Positions 49,421-58,342 of a stretch of DNA of 64,000 bases are shown one piece after another. The position numbers and the translations under genes are program-made. The notes under the pieces are model-generated. The model was not told the DNA's origin. It did not search any database and worked only from the letters and a program-made list of their open reading frames with translations. The stretch covers positions 124,001-188,000 of IMG/VR virus record IMGVR_UViG_3300030294_000005; one strand, 5' to 3'. Numbering within the stretch: position 1 is the first letter of the stretch; the number at the start of each line of letters is the position of its first letter.

Positions 49421-50740
49421 ATATTTTTTAGCAGCATCTTCATATTGTTGATGATTATCTATAGTATCTACTAGATCTCTTACATCTCCACCAACTAATC
49501 TATATACTGTTGCACAATATATTCTAGATACAAGGTATGGATCTTTTATACTATTTTTTATTTTATTTTGAGCTGGACTAAGCATATTATCTTCTAACCC
49601 TTTTTGTAAATCTTCAATATCTGATAATATACATTCTTTCACATGTGGATCTAAATCATTTTTTTCTACTTCTTTTTGTAGATATTTTATTTGTTGATCT
49701 ATTCTACTAGGGGTATTTGGATGACAATCAAATCCAGTAAGAATAACTTCCATTGGTAAAATCATTAATTTATAAAAATTAGATATTAATGGCATCTTTT
49801 CTATAACTCCATTAGTTATACTACCACCTGATGAGAATGTCATCTTAGTTAATGCTGAACCTAACTCAGATCCATATCCATATATTGTTGCAAAATTATC
49901 AGATACCTTTTCCCCATTATATCCTAAATATGTAGATAATATTTTTAATGGAGTCATCTCTTTTAGTTGGCCGACTAAAATTAATGGTAAAATGCTAATC
50001 ATTGATATGCTATTAAATACAAATAAAAAAAATACTTTAAGATTACCAGTTTCAGTAATCATAACATCTATACCATTAACAACACCTAATAAAAAATCAA
50101 ATATTTTTGGAGCATCCTTATTCTTTTTTTTAAAGTGGGTGCTAAATCCTATAAATATTTGATTCAATATTGGGATTGATAATATTCCTTCACCCAATGA
50201 TTTAATAAATATCATAGGTGCAAGAATAAATAAAATAACTTGTTCAATTAAATGAGCTATATAAACAATTTGTTGTAATACATAAAAAACTGTGCTACGT
50301 CTGTCTATATTATAAGAAAAACTATGACCAATTTCATGTAATAATATAGCTAATACTTCTTCATCAGAAAATTTTTTATTTAATAATAATCCAGTACTTA
50401 TACATACTAGGGTAGTATACCCATTTTCAGATTTAAATTTAAACCCACTATTAGTAGCATCCATACTTTTTCCAGGAGTAAGTCCTATTGGTAATGTATA
50501 TGCTTGATCATATATATCGTTTACTACATACAGGGTAAATGATTTAAATCCAAATTCCTTTTCTATCATCCTATTAAAATTTAATAATTCTGGATCTATA
50601 TTTATTTTAGTACTAAATGTAATATTATTATTTATAAATTGATTTCTAAATTTTGAAAATTGAGTCTGTATTTTTAATATATTTTTTGTCTTTCCAAAAT
50701 ACACCTCCTCTATAATTTTAGGAATTTTATATATACCCAT
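49409..50740 (-). CDS. zincin metallopeptidase (M48/HtpX-like), hydrophobic
   Basis: EEVLAILLHEIGH, EKVSDNFATIYGYG..LGSALTK, HPNTPSRI. Confidence 0.75.
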   Translation of the reverse strand: MGIYKIPKIIEEVYFGKTKNILKIQTQFSKFRNQFINNNITFSTKINIDPELLNFNRMIEKEFGFKSFTLYVVNDIYDQAYTLPIGLTPGKSMDATNSGFKFKSENGYTTLVCISTGLLLNKKFSDEEVLAILLHEIGHSFSYNIDRRSTVFYVLQQIVYIAHLIEQVILFILAPMIFIKSLGEGILSIPILNQIFIGFSTHFKKKNKDAPKIFDFLLGVVNGIDVMITETGNLKVFFLFVFNSISMISILPLILVGQLKEMTPLKILSTYLGYNGEKVSDNFATIYGYGSELGSALTKMTFSSGGSITNGVIEKMPLISNFYKLMILPMEVILTGFDCHPNTPSRIDQQIKYLQKEVEKNDLDPHVKECILSDIEDLQKGLEDNMLSPAQNKIKNSIKDPYLVSRIYCATVYRLVGGDVRDLVDTIDNHQQYEDAAKKYKKE

Positions 50741-50768
50741 TATAATGCCTCCTTTTAATTATAATTCT

Positions 50769-50780
50769 TATTTATATGTT
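50769..50780 (-). promoter_or_regulatory. late-type promoter motif AACA-N6-TA
   Basis: AACATATAAATA on the minus strand. Confidence 0.6.
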
Positions 50781-50813
50781 TAAGAATAAATTTGTTATAT
50801 TCAAATTATTCAA

Positions 50814-50836
50814 TTATATACTATAGATATGAATAA
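50814..50836 (+). promoter_or_regulatory. early-type promoter motif
   Basis: TTATATACTATAGATATGAATAA. Confidence 0.6.
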
Positions 50837-50872
50837 AAAAATAATAAAAATTTTAAGGAGTTGTATTAAAAA

Positions 50873-51112
50873 ATGTTAAGCACTTTGACAGCAATAAGCA
50901 ATTTAAATATATATCATGAGATTAGTCATAAAGGATCTTATGTAGACGTAGTTGTAGGAGAATGTAAAAACATAAAGATAAAAGTATTCCAAAAATTCTA
51001 TAATGTATCTGTAAAAGGTAATGAAAAATGTGTAAGTAGAAATTATGCACATGATCATAATTTTGTAGAAGCAATAATAGAAATGGAAAAACTTGCATCT
51101 ATATGTTTATAA
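50873..51112 (+). CDS. hypothetical protein
   Basis: AAGGAG RBS; own promoter motif and terminator. Confidence 0.7.
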   Translation: MLSTLTAISNLNIYHEISHKGSYVDVVVGECKNIKIKVFQKFYNVSVKGNEKCVSRNYAHDHNFVEAIIEMEKLASICL

Positions 51113-51114
51113 TT

Positions 51115-51147
51115 AAATCAGTATGAAAAATACTGATTTATTTTTTT
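51115..51147 (+). terminator. intrinsic terminator
   Basis: AAATCAGTAT/ATACTGATTT stem and T-run. Confidence 0.7.
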
Positions 51148-51163
51148 ACATTTTTTATTTACA

Positions 51164-51175
51164 AACATATGAATA
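51164..51175 (+). promoter_or_regulatory. late-type promoter motif AACA-N6-TA
   Basis: AACATATGAATA heading the operon containing the short beta fragment. Confidence 0.6.
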
Positions 51176-51192
51176 AGTAAAAGGAGGTCATA

Positions 51193-52371
51193 ATGATGGA
51201 AGAAGATAAAGCAATATTAAAAGGTGTATATCCTATAATATCATCTAGTCTAGTAAAAAATACTACAAAATTTAAAAACTTAATAGCTGGGTTCATAGAA
51301 AATCGTTCTAAAGATTTATTTGATACTGCTCCATGTAATAGACTACAATTTTTAAAAGATGATGTAGATAATTTTTATAAGGTAATGAATATAACTGAAA
51401 CTGATATAGAAGATGAGGTAAAGAAAACTTATTATTGGAAGATTGCTGATTTTAATCCAAGAGCTGCTAAAGATCCATTAACAGTAGCATTACTAAGTTG
51501 TGTAAGATATTTCTTTATAAAGAAAGATCAAAAGAATCTTGAATTAGCAATGATATATTTAGCTTTCTCTGGAAAGTTCTATCCAAGTATACATTCTGGA
51601 TCATATCCAGTAGCTGCTCCTGAAGAAAACAGATATGTAATGGATTATGTTGTAAATGAAAAACTAACTAATAAATTTGATATAAAACGAGAGGGTAGTG
51701 TATTTGGAGCTATAAAAAGTATATGTTTAACATGGGTAGCTACTTATGATGATAGACTAAAATCATTTGATGATGAAGATATTGTATATTTAATACAACA
51801 ACTTCATGGACGAATAAAATCATTTATGATAAATATTGCAGAAATATACTATGAGGTGTATAAGAATAAAGATAGTTATTTTGTATATAATTCAGATAGT
51901 TTATCAGATGATAATTATCATATAGCAGATAATGATTCTTTAAAAATAGAAAGGCATGTTGAAAATACAATGTCTTATATATCAGGAACTGGTGTTGATT
52001 ATAAGATATGTAAAATGTCATCTAATAGTAATGTAAAGACAGATGAGGTAAAAGAGATAATAGAAGCTGTCACCTCTAATAATATAAATGTTGGAGAAGT
52101 AAAAGAATTAATTAGATTAATAATAACTCAATACTTCCTAATATCTAAAACTAAAGATGTAAGAGATGTTGATTTTATAACTACGTCTATTGCAGCTAAA
52201 CCAAATACTAAAGATAAGAATATACTAAGACAAAAACAAATAATAGAAAATTGGTTAGATAACAATTCTATAGCATATAGAAGAAGAAAATCTAGATTAG
52301 CGACTAAGAATAATTACTTTAAATCTATTCTCACTTACTTCACTATTCTTATTCACAATTCTAATAAATAG
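51193..52371 (+). CDS. conserved-looking hypothetical protein (late operon with RNAP beta fragment)
   Basis: 392 aa, AGGAGGT RBS. Confidence 0.7.
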   Translation: MMEEDKAILKGVYPIISSSLVKNTTKFKNLIAGFIENRSKDLFDTAPCNRLQFLKDDVDNFYKVMNITETDIEDEVKKTYYWKIADFNPRAAKDPLTVALLSCVRYFFIKKDQKNLELAMIYLAFSGKFYPSIHSGSYPVAAPEENRYVMDYVVNEKLTNKFDIKREGSVFGAIKSICLTWVATYDDRLKSFDDEDIVYLIQQLHGRIKSFMINIAEIYYEVYKNKDSYFVYNSDSLSDDNYHIADNDSLKIERHVENTMSYISGTGVDYKICKMSSNSNVKTDEVKEIIEAVTSNNINVGEVKELIRLIITQYFLISKTKDVRDVDFITTSIAAKPNTKDKNILRQKQIIENWLDNNSIAYRRRKSRLATKNNYFKSILTYFTILIHNSNK

Positions 52372-52383
52372 GGGTTGGTATAA

Positions 52384-52680
52384 ATGCATTCAAATAAAAT
52401 ATTTACTATAAAAGAATTATCATTTAATTTACCAGACGATTTTAATGGAACAGTAACAGATGCATTAGAATTAATAGTTAAATACAGAAAAAGTAAACTG
52501 GCTATTAATAATAGGATTGTTGGTCCTATATTAAAAACTGAGAAAGAACAACTAGAGGGTAAACCTACAATTGATCAATTATTAGAAAATAATACTAATA
52601 GATTATCATTTCAAATTGGTATTAGATTCTTTGAAAATGGCATATGGGTAGATAAAGTTGAAGATGAAAGGATGTTATAA
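52384..52680 (+). CDS. hypothetical protein
   Basis: AGGGG RBS; ORF track. Confidence 0.7.
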   Translation: MHSNKIFTIKELSFNLPDDFNGTVTDALELIVKYRKSKLAINNRIVGPILKTEKEQLEGKPTIDQLLENNTNRLSFQIGIRFFENGIWVDKVEDERML

Positions 52681-52682
52681 AA

Positions 52683-53414
52683 ATGGAATTAACTAATAAA
52701 AAAAGACAAGATGTTGAAAGTTTGATTTATAAAGTTTTTGATGCAGTCGATACTACTAAAACAAATAGTGAGCATTATAAAGGAATCTTTTCTAAAATGA
52801 GTAATGATGAATTTATGAAATTTTGCAAATTAAGATTCCCATTTAAGTTTCATGTAAAACCTTTTGATATACAACCAACTATGAATGAATGTAAAAATGC
52901 TTTAGATATATTAAAAGTACCTTTATTAGAAAAGGTGAGTCTTCCATACTTATATATAAATAAAGATGGTAAAGCAGTAAGTTCACAAGAGTGCTTAGTT
53001 GGATATATTCATCTTAAAAAAGTTAAACAATTTATAACAAAGAAGAATTCTATGTCAACAGATATAGCTCAAAGAGATATGAAAACTGGATTATTGACTG
53101 GAAAAGATAAAAATGGAAAAACATCAGATAGAGAAATGGAATCATTAGCTGTTATGGGATTAGAGAAATCTATTGATGAATTTTCAAGATCAAGAGCAGA
53201 TTCTATGAAATCTAAAAACGTAATGTATAATACTATAAATACAGTAGGGCAGGTTAGTTTAGAAGATGTTCCTGTCGATAAAGATGATTCACTTTCTAAA
53301 AATTTATTGAATGCATATTTGATAGGTAGTCATTTAAAAAGTAATTTAATTCTTCAAGACTACTATTTAATGTATACTTTAAAAAATAAAAAGGGATCAT
53401 TAGAGCGTAAATAA
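52683..53414 (+). CDS. rpoB: split RNA polymerase beta C-terminal fragment (probably virion RNAP)
   Basis: VGYIHLKKVKQ (G..Y..KL.H equivalent), SDREMESLAVMG (R.GEME..AL equivalent), EFSRSRAD. Confidence 0.75.
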   Translation: MELTNKKRQDVESLIYKVFDAVDTTKTNSEHYKGIFSKMSNDEFMKFCKLRFPFKFHVKPFDIQPTMNECKNALDILKVPLLEKVSLPYLYINKDGKAVSSQECLVGYIHLKKVKQFITKKNSMSTDIAQRDMKTGLLTGKDKNGKTSDREMESLAVMGLEKSIDEFSRSRADSMKSKNVMYNTINTVGQVSLEDVPVDKDDSLSKNLLNAYLIGSHLKSNLILQDYYLMYTLKNKKGSLERK

Positions 53415-53426
53415 AGATATTTATAA

Positions 53427-53490
53427 TTATATATTATATAAATGATTATATATATTATATAAGCAATTATATAAATATACTATATATATA
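53427..53490 (+). promoter_or_regulatory. tandem early-type promoter motifs in a nearly pure AT tract
   Basis: TTATATATTATATAAATGA followed by a second TATATATTATATAA and a third degenerate copy. Confidence 0.5.
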
Positions 53491-53529
53491 ACAATGAAAT
53501 AAATAGTTTAATGAGGAGGTTGATACGAA

Positions 53530-53670
53530 ATGAACAAAACCGATGACAAACTTGGTTTTATTACTGAGGTTGGTGACCTAGGGCTTGGGTTCGATGAACT
53601 ATCAAGCGAGGATAAAGACAAACTAAAAAAGATTAATACCGACAAAGAAGATAGTAAAGAGGATAAATAA
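53530..53670 (+). CDS. 46-aa charged peptide (not in ORF track)
   Basis: GAGGAGGT RBS; MNKTDDKLGFITEVGDLGLGFDELSSEDKDKLKKINTDKEDSKEDK*. Confidence 0.7.
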   Translation: MNKTDDKLGFITEVGDLGLGFDELSSEDKDKLKKINTDKEDSKEDK

Positions 53671-53683
53671 TATCCTCTTTTCT
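53656..53683 (+). terminator. hairpin terminator overlapping the stop codon
   Basis: AAAGAGGATA/TATCCTCTTT stem. Confidence 0.6.
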
Positions 53684-53706
53684 ATAATAATTAGGGGGAA
53701 TTCATT

Positions 53707-54465
53707 ATGAGAAAATTTGTAAAAATATATTTATTAACATTGGTAGTGTTCATTACTGTTATAAGCATAGTAGTATTACATTACGAAACTAAGGTAACAG
53801 CAATAAACACGAGCAACAAAATTTATGTAGAAAAATTAAATTCTACTCATAAAGAAGAAATTTTAAAATACGAAACATATGAATATTTATATAATGATAA
53901 CATGACACAACTAGCTCAAGAGCAAGTAAAATATAAAGAGCTTAAAGCAGATTATGATTCTTTTAAAAGTAATGTAGCATTTACTAAACTTAGCCAGACA
54001 TATTCGAGAGGCGGAGCAGATGATGATTTAACTAAATTTAGTCCAATAACAACAGATGAACTCAATGCGTGGATAAAAGCTAAAGCTCCAGCAAATTCAC
54101 CATTTATAGGAAAAGGAGATTCATTTATATTGGCTTCAAAAGATACAGGATTAGATCCTAAATATATAGTAGCCCATGCAGCATTAGAATCAGGATGGGG
54201 GACTTCTAGTTTAGCAAAAAGTAAAAATAACTTCTATGGAATAGGAGCGTTTAATTCGTCTCCAAATTCAGCATATAACTTTGATACAGTACGAGATGGA
54301 ATAGTATCTGGTGCTAAATGGATTTATGATAACTACATCAGTGAAGGGCAAAATACATTAGAGAAAATGATTTATGGACATAAAGCCTATTGTGTGACAA
54401 ACGCAGGCGTTCCAGATTCGGAATGGATTACTAAAGTGGGAAGTATCATGGTACGAGATTATTAA
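53707..54465 (+). CDS. membrane-anchored GH73 glucosaminidase
   Basis: N-terminal TM and coiled coil; YIVAHAALESGWGTS, KNNFYGIGAFNS. Confidence 0.88.
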   Translation: MRKFVKIYLLTLVVFITVISIVVLHYETKVTAINTSNKIYVEKLNSTHKEEILKYETYEYLYNDNMTQLAQEQVKYKELKADYDSFKSNVAFTKLSQTYSRGGADDDLTKFSPITTDELNAWIKAKAPANSPFIGKGDSFILASKDTGLDPKYIVAHAALESGWGTSSLAKSKNNFYGIGAFNSSPNSAYNFDTVRDGIVSGAKWIYDNYISEGQNTLEKMIYGHKAYCVTNAGVPDSEWITKVGSIMVRDY

Positions 54466-54553
54466 TTATATAATAATAAACTAAAATATGCATTAAAAAC
54501 AAATAATACACAACAATTATTAAAATATAATATATTAAAGGGAGAGGATTAAT

Positions 54554-55756
54554 TTGCGTACACGTATAATAGGATTAGGTGCTGCTGGAAATAAAGCTGC
54601 AATAGCAGTTATAGAAAAAAGCATACTCAGTAAAGAGGAAGTATTATTATTCAATAGTACCATCAAGGATGTACCCGACGCTTGGAGAAGTATAGCAATA
54701 CAATTTACAAATGTTAGTAGAGGCGGATGTGGTAAAGAACGACAAGCTGGAAAAGATTTATGTTTAGAATTTCTAGGTTCCGAAAGGGTCAAGCAATTGG
54801 ATTCGTTTATTCAAGATGGTGAAGATAATCTAATAATAATAGTATCCTCTTCTGAGGGCGGCACTGGTTCTGGTTCTTCTGCAATTATGGCTCAATATAT
54901 CAAAGATGTTCTAGGTGCAAATGTTATGCCATTTGTATTTGATGGATTTGAGGAAGATAGCAGAGGATTACAAAATACAATAGAATACTTTAAAGATATG
55001 CAGGATAAATATATTATTCAGGCAATATCCAATAAGAAATTCTTAGATGGTCCAAATAAATTTAAAGCTGAGAAAGCAGCTAATGATGAATTTGCAAGAC
55101 GTGTTTCAATAATAAATGGTAGTATGCTAATTGATTCAGATCAGAATATTGATGAAACTGATTTGTATAAAGTAGTAACAACTGCTGGATTTATGACTGT
55201 AGGATATACTGAGTTAAATAAAATAAAGAATATAGCTCAGTTTAATACAGTATTAACAGAATGTATTGATAATGATAAATCATTAGACATATCAACTAAA
55301 TCTGCAAAAAGAATTGCAGTAATAATCAATGCAAAAGAAGAAACAAAAGATTCAATAGATTTTTCATTTAGTGTATTAAAAGAAAAATTTGGTAGCCCAT
55401 ATGAAATATTTACTCATGCTCAGTTTGATGAAAGTCAACCAGAATATGTAGCATTCATAGTTTCTGGATTGGAACTACCGATTGATGATGTACAAGAAGT
55501 TTATGAAAAATATAAAAAAGAATCTGAAAAAGTTTCAAAAAGAAAAGATGGTTTCTTTGAAGCTGCATCTAAATTAAAAGGAAATGAAATTGATGCAATG
55601 TTTAATTTAGAAGTTCCATCAAAAGAAGTTACTACAGATAGATCTAAATTTCTAAATACATTCAAGAAAAATATAAAAACTGAAACTGTTCCTAACAAGG
55701 AAATTGATGCTAGTATAACTGATGTAAAAAATAATCAGTTTATTACTAAATACTAA
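54554..55756 (+). CDS. tubulin/FtsZ-family GTPase (PhuZ/TubZ-like)
   Basis: IIGLGAAGNKA, GGCGKER..G, signature EGGTGSG, T7-loop-like NIDETDL; TTG start with GGAGAGG RBS. Confidence 0.9.
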   Translation: MRTRIIGLGAAGNKAAIAVIEKSILSKEEVLLFNSTIKDVPDAWRSIAIQFTNVSRGGCGKERQAGKDLCLEFLGSERVKQLDSFIQDGEDNLIIIVSSSEGGTGSGSSAIMAQYIKDVLGANVMPFVFDGFEEDSRGLQNTIEYFKDMQDKYIIQAISNKKFLDGPNKFKAEKAANDEFARRVSIINGSMLIDSDQNIDETDLYKVVTTAGFMTVGYTELNKIKNIAQFNTVLTECIDNDKSLDISTKSAKRIAVIINAKEETKDSIDFSFSVLKEKFGSPYEIFTHAQFDESQPEYVAFIVSGLELPIDDVQEVYEKYKKESEKVSKRKDGFFEAASKLKGNEIDAMFNLEVPSKEVTTDRSKFLNTFKKNIKTETVPNKEIDASITDVKNNQFITKY

Positions 55757-55773
55757 AAATTGGAGGTGTTATC

Positions 55774-56667
55774 TTGTTAGATAGTTTTATGAATGATTTA
55801 GAAAATAAGAAAACAGAAACTACATTAGTAGATATAAATATAATGGATACACCGATATTTAATATACAAGTACTATATGATAAGTTATCTAATATAGATA
55901 AAGTGTCAGATAAAGAATTGTATTCTTTATTAAAGATAGGATATAAAGATTTACTAAAAGATATCTTTAATAAAGATACACCATTATATTTAACATTGTT
56001 AACAAATTCAAAATTTATTACAATATTTATACAGGTCTTGAGTTCAGAAATTCTTGACTATGATTGTAAAGTATATTGTAATAAGATAGCATATGATTAT
56101 CTTACATTGTCAGAAAATAAAGATAAGTACATTCAACAGTTGTACTACACTTTATCTAAAGTTGTTAATCGAGGAATAATTCCTGGGCTATTGGGCCTTG
56201 GGATACAAGAAGATTTAGCATCTTATATAGCATTGGCAAGGTACTCATCATTAAAAGAAATGATAAATGTAGAAAGAGTTAATTTCATAATCATCTCTTC
56301 TTCCAAAGAACATGTTATGGCAGAACAGATGATAGTATGGATATATGAAAAATTATTTGATAGAGTTACTCCTTTATTTGAAGGAGTTATGTTCGATATT
56401 CTTACGGAGGATGATGAAGATAATTATACTGATAACATGCTAGAGACGTATTCTACGATCTCTCTAGCTGTATTAGATATAATGAATAATCTTCCATCCC
56501 AGGATATCAGGAAAGTCCTGATATCCTATGTAGGAGACTACGAACTAGTTTATAGAAAGCCAAATCAAAAAACAACAAGATTTTCTATGGACTCTTTATC
56601 AACTGATTATTCAAGAATAAATCAAGCAATAGAAGATTTAAAACTAGAAACAATCTATGTTCCTTAG
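55774..56667 (+). CDS. hypothetical helical protein co-transcribed with tubulin
   Basis: GGAGGTG RBS with TTG start; 17 nt after tubulin stop. Confidence 0.75.
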   Translation: MLDSFMNDLENKKTETTLVDINIMDTPIFNIQVLYDKLSNIDKVSDKELYSLLKIGYKDLLKDIFNKDTPLYLTLLTNSKFITIFIQVLSSEILDYDCKVYCNKIAYDYLTLSENKDKYIQQLYYTLSKVVNRGIIPGLLGLGIQEDLASYIALARYSSLKEMINVERVNFIIISSSKEHVMAEQMIVWIYEKLFDRVTPLFEGVMFDILTEDDEDNYTDNMLETYSTISLAVLDIMNNLPSQDIRKVLISYVGDYELVYRKPNQKTTRFSMDSLSTDYSRINQAIEDLKLETIYVP

Positions 56668-56679
56668 GGATGAATTTAG

Positions 56680-56710
56680 TATAAGAGGCTGCAGCCTCTT
56701 ATATTTTTTT
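56680..56710 (+). terminator. intrinsic terminator
   Basis: Perfect palindrome TATAAGAGGCTGCAGCCTCTTATA and T-run. Confidence 0.8.
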
Positions 56711-56742
56711 ATATTAAAATTATAAATAGGAGATGTATTAAT

Positions 56743-57132
56743 ATGATTGAAAAGAAAATAATAAGAGTAGGAAAACCAACAAAACTATCAGAACCTAATT
56801 TAAATGGAATATTATATGAACCAATATCTTTAAAGAATGCAATAAATACTTTTTTAAAAAATGAAGATCATATACCTAATGTTGTAGTTTTAGATTCTAG
56901 CTATGATTCTTTTAAAGATAATGAATATTATACTATAGACTTAAATAAAACATTAGGATATTGTATTGATATTGCTGATGATTATATAGAAATACTAATA
57001 GATGATTACTATTCTTTTATTAGTAAATTTAAAAATCCAATAGCAATGCTTAGATTAGTAGGCGAGAGAGGTAATAATGTCGGCGAATTTAATGTTAAAA
57101 AAATAATAGCTATAGATATAAGGGAGAAATAA
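56743..57132 (+). CDS. hypothetical protein (weak resemblance to T4 gp21-type prohead-protease fold)
   Basis: AGGAG RBS; NLNGILYE..SLKNAI pattern only. Confidence 0.6.
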   Translation: MIEKKIIRVGKPTKLSEPNLNGILYEPISLKNAINTFLKNEDHIPNVVVLDSSYDSFKDNEYYTIDLNKTLGYCIDIADDYIEILIDDYYSFISKFKNPIAMLRLVGERGNNVGEFNVKKIIAIDIREK

Positions 57133-57134
57133 AT

Positions 57135-57398
57135 ATGAAAATGAAAAATATATTTAAAACATTAAGTGGCAGACCTAAAAATGGAAATATAACAGAAACT
57201 ATTAGACCTCTTATATTTTATCCACAATTACTATTCTGTATAATAACAATGTTCTTAGGATTCAGTAGCACATATCCAATAGAAAAACTTATGTTTTCTG
57301 TTGGTTCAATTGCTTTAGCTTGGCAATTAGGCTGGGGTATGAGTATAGAAAGATTTATAAAATCTGAAAAAAATAAAGATGACCTAACATCTAAATAG
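57135..57398 (+). CDS. small membrane protein, paralog of 2080..2331
   Basis: AWQLGWGMSIERFI motif; 2 TM. Confidence 0.75.
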   Translation: MKMKNIFKTLSGRPKNGNITETIRPLIFYPQLLFCIITMFLGFSSTYPIEKLMFSVGSIALAWQLGWGMSIERFIKSEKNKDDLTSK

Positions 57399-57409
57399 AG
57401 GTGATAAAT

Positions 57410-57655
57410 ATGATGTTATGGGAAGAAGAAATTATTAAAAAAATAAGAGATAATGTATATTCAAAAGCTATAATACAATCTAGAATTGGTACTGTAGTTA
57501 ATATAACATCAATGCTTATATATAATCGTTATGTGTTTGAAAAAAAAGCAACAATATCTAAAATATTTTATCATATATTATCAGATATAATGCATGATAA
57601 AAAATATAGGGGGAGTTTGAGTTTAAATGAAACTATTATACAACGGAATACATAG
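57410..57655 (+). CDS. hypothetical protein
   Basis: GAGGTG RBS before ATG 57410. Confidence 0.65.
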   Translation: MMLWEEEIIKKIRDNVYSKAIIQSRIGTVVNITSMLIYNRYVFEKKATISKIFYHILSDIMHDKKYRGSLSLNETIIQRNT

Positions 57656-57956
57656 AAGAGTTGGATTTATAGTCCAACATTCTGGTGGATATAATCGTGA
57701 ATATCATATAACTAAAATGTCTGAAAGATTAGATATAGATAGAGATACATTAGCTATGCTTTTTAAAGAAGCTTCAAAAAGTAACATATTACAATATATT
57801 GATTTATTAGAAACAGGAGTTCCTATAGAGAAAGTATTTAGTATGGTAGATAATGATAATAGAATAGCACATGAAAGAATGATAAGATTTATGGCTTATA
57901 CTTCAAAATATTTTACAGCATTTAATTATCTAGATAAAGGTAGGGGATATCTATGA
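57627..57956 (+). CDS. hypothetical protein
   Basis: AGGGGGAG RBS; ORF track. Confidence 0.7.
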   Translation: MKLLYNGIHRRVGFIVQHSGGYNREYHITKMSERLDIDRDTLAMLFKEASKSNILQYIDLLETGVPIEKVFSMVDNDNRIAHERMIRFMAYTSKYFTAFNYLDKGRGYL

Positions 57957-58063
57957 TTATAGGATTGATGATAACTGGAGTTTTCTTATTTTTAATATTA
58001 GATGCTTCAGAAAAGTCAGGTAAAGCATATTTAGAATATCTTAAAAATAATCCAGATGAGTAA
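57953..58063 (+). CDS. 36-aa single-TM peptide (not in ORF track)
   Basis: AGGGGA RBS; ATGA overlap; MIIGLMITGVFLFLILDASEKSGKAYLEYLKNNPDE. Confidence 0.55.
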   Translation: MIIGLMITGVFLFLILDASEKSGKAYLEYLKNNPDE

Positions 58064-58075
58064 GGAGAATTAATT

Positions 58076-58342
58076 ATGAAAGAGGATATTAAAGAATTAT
58101 TAATAGAGAATGAAGAATTACGTAAATTATATAATATTGATGTTATTTTCAAAAAATGTATTGATGTTGCAGATAAAACTAATATGAATATTAAAGAAGC
58201 TTTAATCTTTACTTTAATTAAAGTATTTGAAGTTAAGAAAATATTATATGATAATATGATTAAGATTACTTTAGAATCTAATTTAAAATTTAAATTAGAT
58301 AAGGATGCTAAATTTGTAAAATTAGAAGAGGAGAGTAAATAG
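58076..58342 (+). CDS. hypothetical protein
   Basis: AAGGAG RBS. Confidence 0.7.
   Translation: MKEDIKELLIENEELRKLYNIDVIFKKCIDVADKTNMNIKEALIFTLIKVFEVKKILYDNMIKITLESNLKFKLDKDAKFVKLEEESK

Noticed and set aside
53415-53500. AT-rich tract as replication origin or tubC centromere
   Set aside because: It is explained by tandem early promoter motifs; there are no iterons and no TubR-like gene, and GC skew could not be computed.
56743-57132. Prohead protease call
   Set aside because: Only the N-terminal N.NG..Y pattern matches; catalytic His and Ser motifs are not evident.
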